Positions 9,064 through 20,187 of a stretch of 64,000 nt of DNA are shown here, one piece after another (positions within the stretch are counted from its first letter, which is position 1; the number at the start of each line of letters is the position of its first letter). The notes beneath the pieces were generated by a model. That model was given only the letters and a program-made list of their open reading frames with translations. It ran no database searches and was not told where the DNA came from. The DNA is from a virus, in the IMG/VR virus record IMGVR_UViG_3300008448_000052; one strand, given 5' to 3'. The translations under genes were made by a program, and so were the position numbers.

Positions 9064-12000
9064 TTGGCTCAAAATGTTGTGCTCAAAGCATCGGGCATTC
9101 ACAGTAATAATAACTACTTTAGTGCTTCTCCAAATGGTTCATTTGAAGAAGCTGTAAATGTTGTCATTGATAGAAGTGAAATAGTAGAGCCACGTCGTGG
9201 ATTTGCTGTTTATGGCAATACAGATACGGCTAACACTAAGCAAATTATATCCTATAAAGATGCAGTCATTAAGCACTATTCTAATAAATTAAAATATGAT
9301 TCAAACAATGCTGGTGATTTTATAGATTTTACTGGTGACTTAGTAAACGAAACCGATACTGGTTTACGAATTAAATCTGTTGAAATGAATGGTAACCTAT
9401 ATTTAACTAGTTCAACTGGCATTAAAAAAATATCAGCAACTTCTTCTGCTGATTTTGCCACTACATCTATACAACCATCGGGAGCAGCAAAAGCGGTAGA
9501 CCTTAATGCTGTAACAAATTTTGCTTCATTTGGATTTCTTGAGCCAAATAGTAAAGTGGCCTATCGTTTAGTTTTTGGTAAAAAAGATGTTAACGAAAAC
9601 TTACTACTAGGCGTTCCTTCTGCTCGTGTTTTGGTATGGAACATTACTAATTATTTAACAGGACAATCTTGTGTTGTAAATTTAAACTTTTCTTTACCCA
9701 ATGCTGTTGACAACACTTATTTTTATCAACTATATAGAACTGGTTTAAGTAAAGAACCTTCGGTTAACGAACCCGCCGACCCGGGTGATGAAATGTATCT
9801 AGTTGTAGAAGATGTGGTCACCGCTGCTGATGTCACTAATGGTTTTATAAATGTTACAGACAGCACTCCAGATGACTTTAGAAGTAACGGAGCATTGCTA
9901 TATACCAATCCTGTTTCTGGTGAAGGCATAGCTCAAGCTAATGATGCTCCTCCATTTGCTAAAGACATAGCCACTTATAAGAATTTTCTATTTTATGCCA
10001 ACACTAAAACTGTGCAGCGTTTAAATTTAGCATTTTTAACGGCTACAGGCATTACTAGTGGGGCCTCTAATTTTAAAATTTTAGATGGCACCACTACAGA
10101 AACATATACTTTTCAAGGAACATTTGAAACTCAAACTATAAACTATAATGCTGTTGCTAGTCATAACGATTTTCATAATAGTGTGTCAGGCACCGCTAAA
10201 TATTTTACATTAGTTTCCGCATCAGACACTAGAAAATATTGTGTATGGTTTTACAAAACAGCATTCGATCTTGAGCCATCTTTATCAGGATACATTAATA
10301 TTAAAGTAACCGCCACTGGTTCAACTGTTGATAGTAACATGGTAGACGCCCTAGCTGCCATTACTGCCGCTACTGATGACTTTAATTTAACATTAAATAC
10401 TACAACTAACATACTTACAGCCGAAGCTTCAAATAATGGTGATGTTAGCATTACCCTATTAAATACCATTACAAATATGGTTTCGTCAAGAGACAATTTA
10501 GGTACTGGTCAAGACATTGCTACTAAAAAAATCTTTTTACCTCGTACTACTGGACTAAATGCTCCAAGTGTGTCAGTTGCTTTAGAGCAAATTGCCAAAT
10601 CTTTAGTAGATGTAGTAAATGGTAACAGTGTCATTGTAAATGGTTACTATTCGTCAGACTTTGACAGTATACCGGGTCAAATGTACTTTGAACAACAATC
10701 TGTAACTGGTGTTGCATTTTATTTAAATAGTAATGTTGGCACAGTATTTAATCCTACGGTTCCTGCTACAGGAAACACTATCATTTCAAGTAATGAAGTG
10801 AGGCCAAACCGTCTTTACTTTTCTAAAAATCAACAACCTGAATCAGTACCATTAGTTAATTATGTAGACATTGGTCCTAAAGATAGGGAAATTAAACGCA
10901 TACTAGGTTTACAAGATAGCTTGTTCATTCTTAAAGAGGATGGCATCTATCGCTTATCAGGTGATGATGCTTCTAACTTTCTAGTTACACCATTTGACTT
11001 TTCGGCTCAAGTGCTAGCTCCTGACACTGCTGTCATTTTAAATAACCAAATTTATGCATTGTCTACTCAGGGTGTCATTGTCATAACCGACACTGGGGTT
11101 TCAGTCATATCACGTCCTATTGAAAATCAAATTTTAAAAATTATTCGAGAAGGTTCTAATTATAAAACTGCATCGTTTGGTGTCAGCTATGAATCAGATA
11201 GAAGCTATTTACTATTTACCACAACCATATTAACCGACACAGTAGCTACTCAGGTTTTTCGTTATAATACATTTACCAATAATTGGACAAAATGGGACAT
11301 TTCTAAAACTTGCGGTTTAGTTAATTTTAGAGACGACAAGCTTTATTTAGGTGCTTCCGACATTAATGTCATTGAACAAGAAAGAAAAACTCTTACTCGC
11401 ATAGACCATGCCGATAGAGATTTTGAAGTTCAAATTCAATTAAATGGCGTTTCTTCTACTGGAATAAGATTGAACAGCTTATCAAATGTTAAAGTGGGCG
11501 ACACCCTTGTTCAAAGACAATATTTAACCCTTCAACAATTTAATCGGGTTTTAAAAAAATTAGATACAGACCCCACTGTTGATGACACTGATTATTTCTC
11601 AACTTTAGAACTTAATAAAGGTGAAAATGCTCGAACCAATTTAGAGGCTTTAGCAGTTAAACTAAATGCTGACCTATCTACGTCAATATACACTACTTTG
11701 ACAAATGACTATGTTAGAACTATAACAAACATTTCAGTGGCAGCTCAAACGGTTGTTACCATTGGTGCTCATAACATATCACAAGGTCGTTATATTAACA
11801 TTTCAGGTTCTAACAGTACGCCATCTATTGATGGTGAGTGGGAAGTGTTAGCTGCCACAGCAACTACCATTACCATTAATAAACGAGTAACAGTAGTGGG
11901 TACAGCGGGCACTGTACAAACAGACATTAATGATAGTAAAGATCAACAAATATGTTTTAACCTTATTGTAAACCAATTAAACATTGACACTGGTGTATTT

Positions 12001-12513
12001 TACACTAACTACTTACCTTCTTCTGGCTATCAAGATTTAGAGCAAAGTATATCAAATTTAAATAGCTTAACTACTAACATCGTAACACCTTACACTCAAA
12101 GCTTTCTATTTGGTAAAGCAAACATATATAAAGCCATTGAAAGCTATGTAGTTTACAATCCGCAATTTTTTGGTGACCCATCTGTTGAAAAACAAGTAAG
12201 TCAAAGCACTTTTATGTTTGAAGATACCAATTTTACATTAATGACAGCTTCGTTTAAAAGCGATAAATCTCCAGCATTAGGTTCTGTACCATTTGTTAAA
12301 AGTGGTAACGGTGATTTTGGTAGCTTTGCATGGGGTTCGGTAAATTGGGGTGGTGTAGGGGCTCCTGTACCATTAAGAACCCTTGTCCCGCTGGATAAAC
12401 AAAGATGTCGATTTTTAAGTGTTAAGCTATTACATAAAGTAGCTTTAGAAAACTATGCCCTATTGGGTATAACCTTAACATTCCGTCCTTACGGTAGTAG
12501 GTCGTATAAATAA
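9064..12513 (+). CDS. large virion structural protein (tail/baseplate-like), TTG start
   Basis: 1149-aa ORF; first in-frame start after the stop is TTG at 9064 with AAGGA SD upstream; beta-rich composition. Confidence 0.55.
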   Translation: MAQNVVLKASGIHSNNNYFSASPNGSFEEAVNVVIDRSEIVEPRRGFAVYGNTDTANTKQIISYKDAVIKHYSNKLKYDSNNAGDFIDFTGDLVNETDTGLRIKSVEMNGNLYLTSSTGIKKISATSSADFATTSIQPSGAAKAVDLNAVTNFASFGFLEPNSKVAYRLVFGKKDVNENLLLGVPSARVLVWNITNYLTGQSCVVNLNFSLPNAVDNTYFYQLYRTGLSKEPSVNEPADPGDEMYLVVEDVVTAADVTNGFINVTDSTPDDFRSNGALLYTNPVSGEGIAQANDAPPFAKDIATYKNFLFYANTKTVQRLNLAFLTATGITSGASNFKILDGTTTETYTFQGTFETQTINYNAVASHNDFHNSVSGTAKYFTLVSASDTRKYCVWFYKTAFDLEPSLSGYINIKVTATGSTVDSNMVDALAAITAATDDFNLTLNTTTNILTAEASNNGDVSITLLNTITNMVSSRDNLGTGQDIATKKIFLPRTTGLNAPSVSVALEQIAKSLVDVVNGNSVIVNGYYSSDFDSIPGQMYFEQQSVTGVAFYLNSNVGTVFNPTVPATGNTIISSNEVRPNRLYFSKNQQPESVPLVNYVDIGPKDREIKRILGLQDSLFILKEDGIYRLSGDDASNFLVTPFDFSAQVLAPDTAVILNNQIYALSTQGVIVITDTGVSVISRPIENQILKIIREGSNYKTASFGVSYESDRSYLLFTTTILTDTVATQVFRYNTFTNNWTKWDISKTCGLVNFRDDKLYLGASDINVIEQERKTLTRIDHADRDFEVQIQLNGVSSTGIRLNSLSNVKVGDTLVQRQYLTLQQFNRVLKKLDTDPTVDDTDYFSTLELNKGENARTNLEALAVKLNADLSTSIYTTLTNDYVRTITNISVAAQTVVTIGAHNISQGRYINISGSNSTPSIDGEWEVLAATATTITINKRVTVVGTAGTVQTDINDSKDQQICFNLIVNQLNIDTGVFYTNYLPSSGYQDLEQSISNLNSLTTNIVTPYTQSFLFGKANIYKAIESYVVYNPQFFGDPSVEKQVSQSTFMFEDTNFTLMTASFKSDKSPALGSVPFVKSGNGDFGSFAWGSVNWGGVGAPVPLRTLVPLDKQRCRFLSVKLLHKVALENYALLGITLTFRPYGSRSYK

Positions 12514-12926
12514 TGGGTAAAATACAACCACCTAAAACATTACGATTTGAAGACTTTAAGCCAGAAGAAAAGGACCTAGTCCTTAAGTTGAGTTCAGTAA
12601 TTAATTCATTCAATGATGATGTTTACCGTCAAATAAATGGTAACATTGACTTTGACAATATGAATAGACAAATAGCAGTGGGGGTAGTCATTAAGACAAA
12701 CTCTGCTGGTGTTGTTGTAAACTTGCCTCAAATTAAAATAAAAACAAATACCCTACCTAAAGGTATAAACGTCATTAATGCTGAAAATCAAACAAATTCA
12801 AGCATTTACCCCATTTCTCACCCTTTTATATCCTTTACCATTAAGAATGGCTTAATAACCATTTTAAACGTAACTGGACTTCAAGTTAGCAGTGAATACA
12901 AATTAAATTTAGAAATAATAGGGTAA
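12513..12926 (+). CDS. virion structural protein (putative)
   Basis: 137-aa ORF; ATGA-type coupling with the upstream gene. Confidence 0.45.
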   Translation: MGKIQPPKTLRFEDFKPEEKDLVLKLSSVINSFNDDVYRQINGNIDFDNMNRQIAVGVVIKTNSAGVVVNLPQIKIKTNTLPKGINVINAENQTNSSIYPISHPFISFTIKNGLITILNVTGLQVSSEYKLNLEIIG

Positions 12927-12945
12927 ACCCGCGATACCCTTAGAA

Positions 12946-12971
12946 TAACAAGTAATAATAGGGAGATGTAT
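12946..12971 (+). promoter_or_regulatory. conserved phage promoter motif, copy 3 (TAACAAGTAATAATAGGGAGATGTAT)
   Basis: Differs at 1 of 26 nt from copy 2; 35 nt upstream of the ATG at 13007. Confidence 0.55.
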
Positions 12972-13006
12972 AGACATTACCCTACTTCATATTGGGATAA
13001 ATCAAA

Positions 13007-14854
13007 ATGGTATCAGAAGACTTAAGTTTAAATAAAGACGAAGACAACAACGATGAAAACATGCAACTTTCTACAACATCAGCAGTTAGTCCTGTTAGTT
13101 CTAGAGTAGCACCAACATCTACTGGGCTTCCTGCTCAACAAGGGTCTGGGCGTTTTACCAATTTACAAAAATACATTAATGCTAACGAAGGTGCTGGTCA
13201 AAAAATTGCTAGTAAACTATCTAATGCAACAAGTTCAGATTTAAGTACTTTTGATAAGGATTATAATGCTAAAACACAAGAAATTGGTAAAGGCATTGAT
13301 GAGGCTAAAAACCTATTTAACACTCAAGGACAAGGCTTTAAATCGCAATTAGGTGCCTATCAACAAGGGTTGAATTCTTATAAAAACTTTACTGATAGAG
13401 GATTGTTTGACCAAACTGGACAAGACGTTCAAAACTTTACAAACTCGCCTCAATTTGGTCAATTTCAATCTTTACAAAGTGGCCTAGGTCTAAATGAAGA
13501 CCAACTTAAGCAATCTCAAGGATTGGCTGAAACTATGGCTAAAAACACTTTAGATAAAATTGATAAAAAGTATAGTGACATTCAAAGTGAAAAGGGTCGT
13601 TATGATTTATTGCAACAATCAACACCTTCTTTTGGACAAAGGTCTACTTCTGGTGGCAATAGATTAAATCAAATGTTTTTTCAAAAAGACCCTAATGCGG
13701 TTAATAATTTGCAGAATTCTTTTAAACAACAAGCTGCTGATGTTGCGGCTAAGAATGCCATATTGGGTACTCAGGGTGCTTCATTAAATGACATTATAAA
13801 TCAAGAAAAAACCCTTATGGGTGATTTAAATACAAATTCAAAAGCTTTACAAGAGTCTTTTTATAATAAGTTAAATTCAGAAGATGCTTTTAAACAAGTC
13901 AATGACGCTAGAAAAGGTTTATACGACGACTATATTCAACAACTTCAATCTGGTAAATATTCACAAGATTTAGCAAATTTATTAGGTGTAAGCAATTTAC
14001 AAACTTATAACCCAATGGGTAACACTCAGTCAATAAGCGATGCTGGGCCAGTTGATGCAAAATTTGCCAATGCTGGTAAAATTTCACAAATGGCAACTAA
14101 TCCTTTACAAGGACAATTTAGTACGTATAATATTAATAAGGAAAATTTACCAAATTACATATCAAAATCTGGACAAGAAGCTAAAACTTTTCAAGATGTA
14201 CTTACTCAGCCTGATTATGACTCTTACTCTGCTTTACAAAAATTGTTTGCAAATCAAGATTTTGCTAACAAAGCAAGGGGCATATCAACACTAGACCCTG
14301 CTGTTACTAAAAGTTCTTTAGCCGATTTAACTACTGATGTTAAAGCTAAGGATGATGCTTTTGTAAGAGACTACGCTAATAGGAATTATTTAAGTCAAGG
14401 TTTAGGTCAAGAAGTATATTCTCAACCAACTACATTTGGTGGAATGATTCCTACTGGCGGTACTGTTTCTATAGGCCCTAATGCTTTAGAAAATTTAGGT
14501 ATCACTGAAAACAATAGTCCATTAGCCGCAATTCAAGATTTAAGAAATAGATATTCAACGTGGAGTGGCGCTAATAGTCCATACCGAGCAGTGAGTTCAA
14601 GTTATGCTAATTTAGATGACTACATTAGAAATAGTGACAATGCCATTAAAAATCAAAACGAGTTAATGTTAAGTAGTGGTAATAGGGGCGATGAAGCAAA
14701 AGCCTTACAAAGAGCATATGAAGCATCTTATAATCCGTTAAGAGACAAATTAGAAAACATCGTAAACACTACTGGTGTTAAAAATCGTGTTGAAATTGAC
14801 CCTACTGAAAACACTGTAGAAAACAGATTTAAAAAATTTAAAGGACTATTATAA
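13007..14854 (+). CDS. Q/N-rich low-complexity virion protein (internal/ejection protein candidate)
   Basis: 615 aa; very high Gln/Asn/Ser content; directly behind promoter motif copy 3. Confidence 0.5.
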   Translation: MVSEDLSLNKDEDNNDENMQLSTTSAVSPVSSRVAPTSTGLPAQQGSGRFTNLQKYINANEGAGQKIASKLSNATSSDLSTFDKDYNAKTQEIGKGIDEAKNLFNTQGQGFKSQLGAYQQGLNSYKNFTDRGLFDQTGQDVQNFTNSPQFGQFQSLQSGLGLNEDQLKQSQGLAETMAKNTLDKIDKKYSDIQSEKGRYDLLQQSTPSFGQRSTSGGNRLNQMFFQKDPNAVNNLQNSFKQQAADVAAKNAILGTQGASLNDIINQEKTLMGDLNTNSKALQESFYNKLNSEDAFKQVNDARKGLYDDYIQQLQSGKYSQDLANLLGVSNLQTYNPMGNTQSISDAGPVDAKFANAGKISQMATNPLQGQFSTYNINKENLPNYISKSGQEAKTFQDVLTQPDYDSYSALQKLFANQDFANKARGISTLDPAVTKSSLADLTTDVKAKDDAFVRDYANRNYLSQGLGQEVYSQPTTFGGMIPTGGTVSIGPNALENLGITENNSPLAAIQDLRNRYSTWSGANSPYRAVSSSYANLDDYIRNSDNAIKNQNELMLSSGNRGDEAKALQRAYEASYNPLRDKLENIVNTTGVKNRVEIDPTENTVENRFKKFKGLL

Positions 14855-14855
14855 T

Positions 14856-15863
14856 ATGGCATTCCCATTTTTAGCAGCAGCAAGTGTAGCCGCACCAATT
14901 GTTGGTGGTCTCATTGGAGCAGACCAAGCAAATAAAGACCGAGACGCAGCAAATGCAGCTAGACAGCAAGCATTAGCTCAGTTTGCGGGTATAAATGTAC
15001 CTACTCCAGAGGAACAAAAACTTCTATTAGATCAATATGTGTCTACAGGAGTTATGAGTCCTGAATTAGAATCACTAATTAACATGGGACCAACTGCTTA
15101 TGAGGGCATTAGTTTAGACCCACAAGCTAGACAAGCTCAACTTGATTCTCTTTCTCAAATGGGACAATTGGCTCAAACGGGAATGACTCAAGGTGACGAA
15201 GCGGCTTATGAAATGGCTCGTAGAAATGCTGCTGCTGAATCACAAGCAAAACAAGCACAAATATTACAAAACATGCAAGCTAGAGGAATGGGCGGTTCTG
15301 GTGTAGAACTCATTTCTAGATTGCAAGCTGGACAATCTTCTGCTGATAGATTGCAACAAGCTCAACTAGAAGAAGCTGCTAAGAAACAACAAGCTAGAAT
15401 GCAAGCATTACAGTCTCAAGCAAACATGGCTCAAGGACTACGTTCGTCTGATTACAGTGAAGCCGCTAGATTGGCTGATGCTAAAGACCAAATTGCTAGA
15501 TTTAACGCAGCAAATGCACAATCTTTGGCAAATAGAAATACTGATAGAGGCAATCAAGCTCAACAATATAATATGTCAAATGCTCAACGCATCGCTGACG
15601 CAAATGTTGGTTTAAAAAATCAACAACAACAATATAATAAAGGTTTAACTCAACAAAAATTTGGTAATGAGTTACAATTGGCTGGTGCAAAAGCTGGACA
15701 ATACGGCTCACAAGCTCAAGATGCATCACAAAGAGCTGGACAAACTGCTTCTATGTGGGGTGGCATTGGTCAAGGCGTGGGTACTATGTTGCAAGGATTA
15801 AATACTCCAGCTAAAGCTAAAAAACCATTTGTTGGCCCAACCGAAGATTATAGTGGAGAATAA
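14856..15863 (+). CDS. Q/A-rich virion protein (putative)
   Basis: 335 aa, Gln/Ala-rich, translationally coupled. Confidence 0.5.
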   Translation: MAFPFLAAASVAAPIVGGLIGADQANKDRDAANAARQQALAQFAGINVPTPEEQKLLLDQYVSTGVMSPELESLINMGPTAYEGISLDPQARQAQLDSLSQMGQLAQTGMTQGDEAAYEMARRNAAAESQAKQAQILQNMQARGMGGSGVELISRLQAGQSSADRLQQAQLEEAAKKQQARMQALQSQANMAQGLRSSDYSEAARLADAKDQIARFNAANAQSLANRNTDRGNQAQQYNMSNAQRIADANVGLKNQQQQYNKGLTQQKFGNELQLAGAKAGQYGSQAQDASQRAGQTASMWGGIGQGVGTMLQGLNTPAKAKKPFVGPTEDYSGE

Positions 15864-15866
15864 ATA

Positions 15867-17267
15867 ATGGATAAACGTTTTTCACTAGTACCAGAAGACC
15901 AAGAAGAACTAGATTTATACGAAGCCGATAACGCTCCTGCTTTAGAAGACAAAGAATATTTACGTCAACAACAAGTTGCTTATACTGACACAGGAGTACC
16001 AGTTGGTCCAGAGGGTGGTTTTAGAGCTGGTCAAGCAAAACAACCAGTAGTTGGTAAAGCTGCGGCTGATAAGTATTTTGCATCAAATGATGCCAACACT
16101 CCAACATTGGAACCCGTAGATACTAAAGTAGCTGACACCAATGATAAAGAAACTAATGCTCAACGTTATCAAAGAATGTTAAGTGAATTAGAAGATTTAA
16201 GAAGTCAACCTAAACCCGATTTAACAATGTTACGTGGTGGCAATCAAATTGCCCAAGCCATTGCTTCTGGTTATGGTGGTAAACTAGGTGACAACAATGA
16301 TGTTGTGACCATTATGGAAAATAAAGATGATGATAGAGTTAAAAATTTATTATCAGAATTAAAGCTAATGAAGGATACAACTGGAGCAATAAGACCTAGT
16401 CAACAAAGTAATATTTTTGGTAAATTACCAGATGGTAAAATGGTTCCTCTTATTTTTGACCCAAATATTCAGAAATATGTAAATCCTTTAAATGGTGAAC
16501 CCGCTGGTCCTAATATGGAAATTATGCGTAATTCATTGTATACTGATGCTTTTGGAAATAAGGTATCTTTTGGTACTGATGGTGTTCAAACTCAAAAATC
16601 ATCAGCTCGTCCAGAAGCTTCACAAACTGTTGATAATATCTACGCACAAACTCAAACATTTAATCCTGATAAAGAACAAGTTAAAGCTTTAGATCAAGAG
16701 ACAAAACGTTTAGATTCGGCTACTAAAGATATTAACGCTAAAATTGATGCGACAAACAGACTAAGATCAACATTAGCTAGTAATAGCAAACTTACAGGCG
16801 CTATGGTTAAGACTCAATTTCCACGTTTAGCTGGTGAGGTTGGTAACTTAAATCAAGCCGAACAAGATGTATGGAATGGTTCATCTGCTTGGTTAGATAG
16901 AATTGACCAATTTTTAACTACTGCTTCTGATTCTCAGCTTACTCCTGAAAATAAGGTTGAATTGAATAAACTCATTGATATTTTCAATGATACATCAGGT
17001 AAAGCTTTAAATCAAATTATGGATTCTTCTGCAAATCGTTTAAATATGGTCCATAAAATTCCAAAAGATTTTGTTAAGCAATCATATGGTTCAATGCGTA
17101 AAATTCCACAACAAACCGCTGGTGGAACAAATGCGGAAGTTCAAAAAGCAAATGCTGCTACATTAATTAAAAAATTCGATGATGCATTAAAACAAAATCT
17201 TACACCAGAAGTACGTGCTGCTTATGAGAAAAAGAAACAAGAATTAAAAGATAAGTTTGGATTATAA
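15867..17267 (+). CDS. virion protein (putative)
   Basis: 466 aa; GGAGAA SD; coupled to its neighbours. Confidence 0.5.
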   Translation: MDKRFSLVPEDQEELDLYEADNAPALEDKEYLRQQQVAYTDTGVPVGPEGGFRAGQAKQPVVGKAAADKYFASNDANTPTLEPVDTKVADTNDKETNAQRYQRMLSELEDLRSQPKPDLTMLRGGNQIAQAIASGYGGKLGDNNDVVTIMENKDDDRVKNLLSELKLMKDTTGAIRPSQQSNIFGKLPDGKMVPLIFDPNIQKYVNPLNGEPAGPNMEIMRNSLYTDAFGNKVSFGTDGVQTQKSSARPEASQTVDNIYAQTQTFNPDKEQVKALDQETKRLDSATKDINAKIDATNRLRSTLASNSKLTGAMVKTQFPRLAGEVGNLNQAEQDVWNGSSAWLDRIDQFLTTASDSQLTPENKVELNKLIDIFNDTSGKALNQIMDSSANRLNMVHKIPKDFVKQSYGSMRKIPQQTAGGTNAEVQKANAATLIKKFDDALKQNLTPEVRAAYEKKKQELKDKFGL

Positions 17268-20163
17268 GATGAACGATGATTTACTAAAAGAAGCTGATGG
17301 TCTATTAAGTAAAAATGATGACGATTTATTAAATGAAGCTGACAGCTTAATGACTAACCCACAATCACCTAAAGAACCTATTTCTCGTAAAGAGTCTTTT
17401 ATGAAAGGTGCAGAGCAAGGTGCTACATTGGGATTTGCTGATGAAGGCAAAGGTGTCATGTCAGGACTTATGGACGATGCTATGCGCATTGCCAATTTAT
17501 TAGGACTTAGTGATACTAAATCTCCTAGACAAATGGATGAAGACCTTGCTGCCCAAGGATTTAAAATTCAAGGGTATAATCCAAATAAAACCGTTTATGA
17601 AGAAGCTCGTAATGTAGCTCGTGGTGAATATAAAGATGCTGAAAATGCATATCAATCTAAAATACCTTTTACAGACATAAGTGTAAATCCGTATAATTTT
17701 GCTGGTAATTTGGCTGGTGGTATGGTAACTATGCCGTTTATGCCAGCGAAAATGGTTGCCCCAATGGGTGCTGTTGGTGAAATGGCTCCTTTACTTACTA
17801 CACAGTTTGCAAAGCAAGCTGCCAAATCTGCGATAAATAGCATTCCAACTTCTGCTGTTGCTAGTATGGGTATATCCGAAGGTGAAACTCCTGTGGATGT
17901 GCTTAAAGACACCGCTGTGGGTACTGGCATGGGTATGGTGCTATCACCTACTTTGGAAAAGGGTTTACCCGCTGTTGCTAATGTTGCATCTAAAACTGGT
18001 GATAAATTTGTTGACTTATTGAACATGTTCCCCGGTGAACCAGCTAACCGATTTAAACTTGGTATGCGAGGAATTCTTGGTGTTAGTAAAAGCACTGGTG
18101 AAAAAATTCAAGGCATCTTAGATAAGCAAATTAGTAAATTTAGAAACAAAGTTGATGAAGCAGATTTAGCTCGTATAAATCAAGAAAACGTTACTTTACA
18201 AAACATTGAAGCATCTATTAGTGCAAATGAAAATAAAGTAAAAGAATTATCCAATGAATATAATGACCTATTGGCACAGCAAAGTGCTTATAAAAGAGAC
18301 GCTTTATACACTAAAAAAGACGAAAAATCTACATTATTTGAACAAGCTAAAACAAAACTTAAAGAACAAATTGATGCATTAGAATCTGAAAAAGATCAAC
18401 TATTAGCTAATTATGAAAAAGAAACTTTTGATAGCATTAAGAAATATGAAAATGACTTGTCTAAGGTTAAGTCTCAAGAAGAAATTCTTAAAGGTGAAAA
18501 AACTAAACTAAAAGACTTTGAACCAAAGCGTATAGGCGACAAAGCTCAACAAGCTTTTGAAGCAGACAAAGCTCAAATTAAAGCTAATTACGACATGTTA
18601 GATGAGGATTTGGCAACTCGTAATGTTAAATTTAATGTGTCTCAAGATTTAAAAGACTTTGAAACAACCATTAGTGGATTGGCTCGTGGAGATAAAGAAT
18701 TAACTGCACTTAATAAAAATATTCTGTCTACTTTAAAAAAGTATAAAGGTCAAATAGATCGTAAAACCCTCATTGACTTAGTAAATGGCTTTAAAGATAA
18801 ATATGGTAAGCAGCAAGGTTCTGCGCTTAAAATGATTCGTTCTAAAATTAAAGACCCTACCATTAATCGTCTATATGGTACAGCTTTTGACGGATTAGAA
18901 GACAGTGTTAGAAAAACACAAGATTTTCAATTGCGTGAATTTGGTCATGAAGATTTAGCTAATCAATATGCTCAAAACAATAAAGCATACCGAGCCATTA
19001 AAGATTTAGAAAATACTTACGGCGGGGATGAATATTCTGCCAATATAGTTTCACAAATTCAGGACTTGGGTAAGTTTGGTAATGCATCAGTTAATAAGGG
19101 TGCCAAAGGTATAGTTTCTGACATTGAAAAAAATACTCAGAATTTACCGTCTTTTACTCGTATATTACCAGAGGAAATTAGTCCATACATTAAAAAATCT
19201 ACAGAAGAACTTCCTAGTCAAATGGTACAAAATGCCAATCAAATGACGAACATTGAAAATATTTTATCTAACCTAAAAGTAAATCAGAAGAAACCTAATC
19301 AATTTTCTCAAAATCCTAAAGATGTTGAATTGTTAAATAAAATTACCGAATTAGAAAACTTAGTAGGCTCTAACAAAAAGAATTTACAAACTGAACAATT
19401 TGGTGAAGATTTTACTAAAAATGTAAATGCTTTAGATAGGCAAATTGATGATTTAAATACTGGCATTGACCCAACCTATAATAAGTTTACAGAACAAGCC
19501 AAACAAAATCAAAATGCTCGTAATATGTTGTTACAACAAAATGAGAATAGTACCCTATCTAAACGTGAACTGTTAGCACCAAAACCTAAAACTACTCAGC
19601 TAGATAAAATGCTAGCTAAGGACCCAATTGATAGAGACGCTGAATTGCGTAAAATGATTTTAGCGGCAGACAAAGAACGCACTCTTGGTGGTTTGGGTTC
19701 TGCTAGTGAAAAATTAGATAATTTAGCAACAGAATTAGATATACCCATTTCTGAAATGACTCCAGAAATTAAAGAACTTCAAGATTTACTTTCTGCTTAT
19801 AAAGACAATATTAACTTTGCCTTTAATAAGGCGGGCGGTGTTGCAACTGGTGGTGAAACGCTTGGTGCCATTGCTAATGCTGCGGGTTATGTTGCGGGCA
19901 TACCTAATAGAATGGTTAATAAAGCTTTAACACCAGTTATGAATGCTACTAACAAAGGTTTAAACTATGTTGGTAAACAAAATATAATTCCTACTAAAAT
20001 GGGACTACAGTCTATTGATGATGTTTTAGCTAAAATTAGTAATAAGCCATTACAGGACGTAATGAAAATGGACTCTACAGGAAAAGCTGCATTAAAAAAT
20101 ACATTGTTACAAATTAGTCCAGAAGTAAGAAAATATTTAGAAGATAAAGAGAATAAGAAATAA
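17257..20163 (+). CDS. large coiled-coil virion protein (tape-measure / internal core candidate)
   Basis: 968 aa; extensive heptad-like K/E/Q/L-rich stretches. Confidence 0.5.
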   Translation: MDYKMNDDLLKEADGLLSKNDDDLLNEADSLMTNPQSPKEPISRKESFMKGAEQGATLGFADEGKGVMSGLMDDAMRIANLLGLSDTKSPRQMDEDLAAQGFKIQGYNPNKTVYEEARNVARGEYKDAENAYQSKIPFTDISVNPYNFAGNLAGGMVTMPFMPAKMVAPMGAVGEMAPLLTTQFAKQAAKSAINSIPTSAVASMGISEGETPVDVLKDTAVGTGMGMVLSPTLEKGLPAVANVASKTGDKFVDLLNMFPGEPANRFKLGMRGILGVSKSTGEKIQGILDKQISKFRNKVDEADLARINQENVTLQNIEASISANENKVKELSNEYNDLLAQQSAYKRDALYTKKDEKSTLFEQAKTKLKEQIDALESEKDQLLANYEKETFDSIKKYENDLSKVKSQEEILKGEKTKLKDFEPKRIGDKAQQAFEADKAQIKANYDMLDEDLATRNVKFNVSQDLKDFETTISGLARGDKELTALNKNILSTLKKYKGQIDRKTLIDLVNGFKDKYGKQQGSALKMIRSKIKDPTINRLYGTAFDGLEDSVRKTQDFQLREFGHEDLANQYAQNNKAYRAIKDLENTYGGDEYSANIVSQIQDLGKFGNASVNKGAKGIVSDIEKNTQNLPSFTRILPEEISPYIKKSTEELPSQMVQNANQMTNIENILSNLKVNQKKPNQFSQNPKDVELLNKITELENLVGSNKKNLQTEQFGEDFTKNVNALDRQIDDLNTGIDPTYNKFTEQAKQNQNARNMLLQQNENSTLSKRELLAPKPKTTQLDKMLAKDPIDRDAELRKMILAADKERTLGGLGSASEKLDNLATELDIPISEMTPEIKELQDLLSAYKDNINFAFNKAGGVATGGETLGAIANAAGYVAGIPNRMVNKALTPVMNATNKGLNYVGKQNIIPTKMGLQSIDDVLAKISNKPLQDVMKMDSTGKAALKNTLLQISPEVRKYLEDKENKK

Positions 20164-20187
20164 AACTAGTATAGAGTAGAGGGGCGC

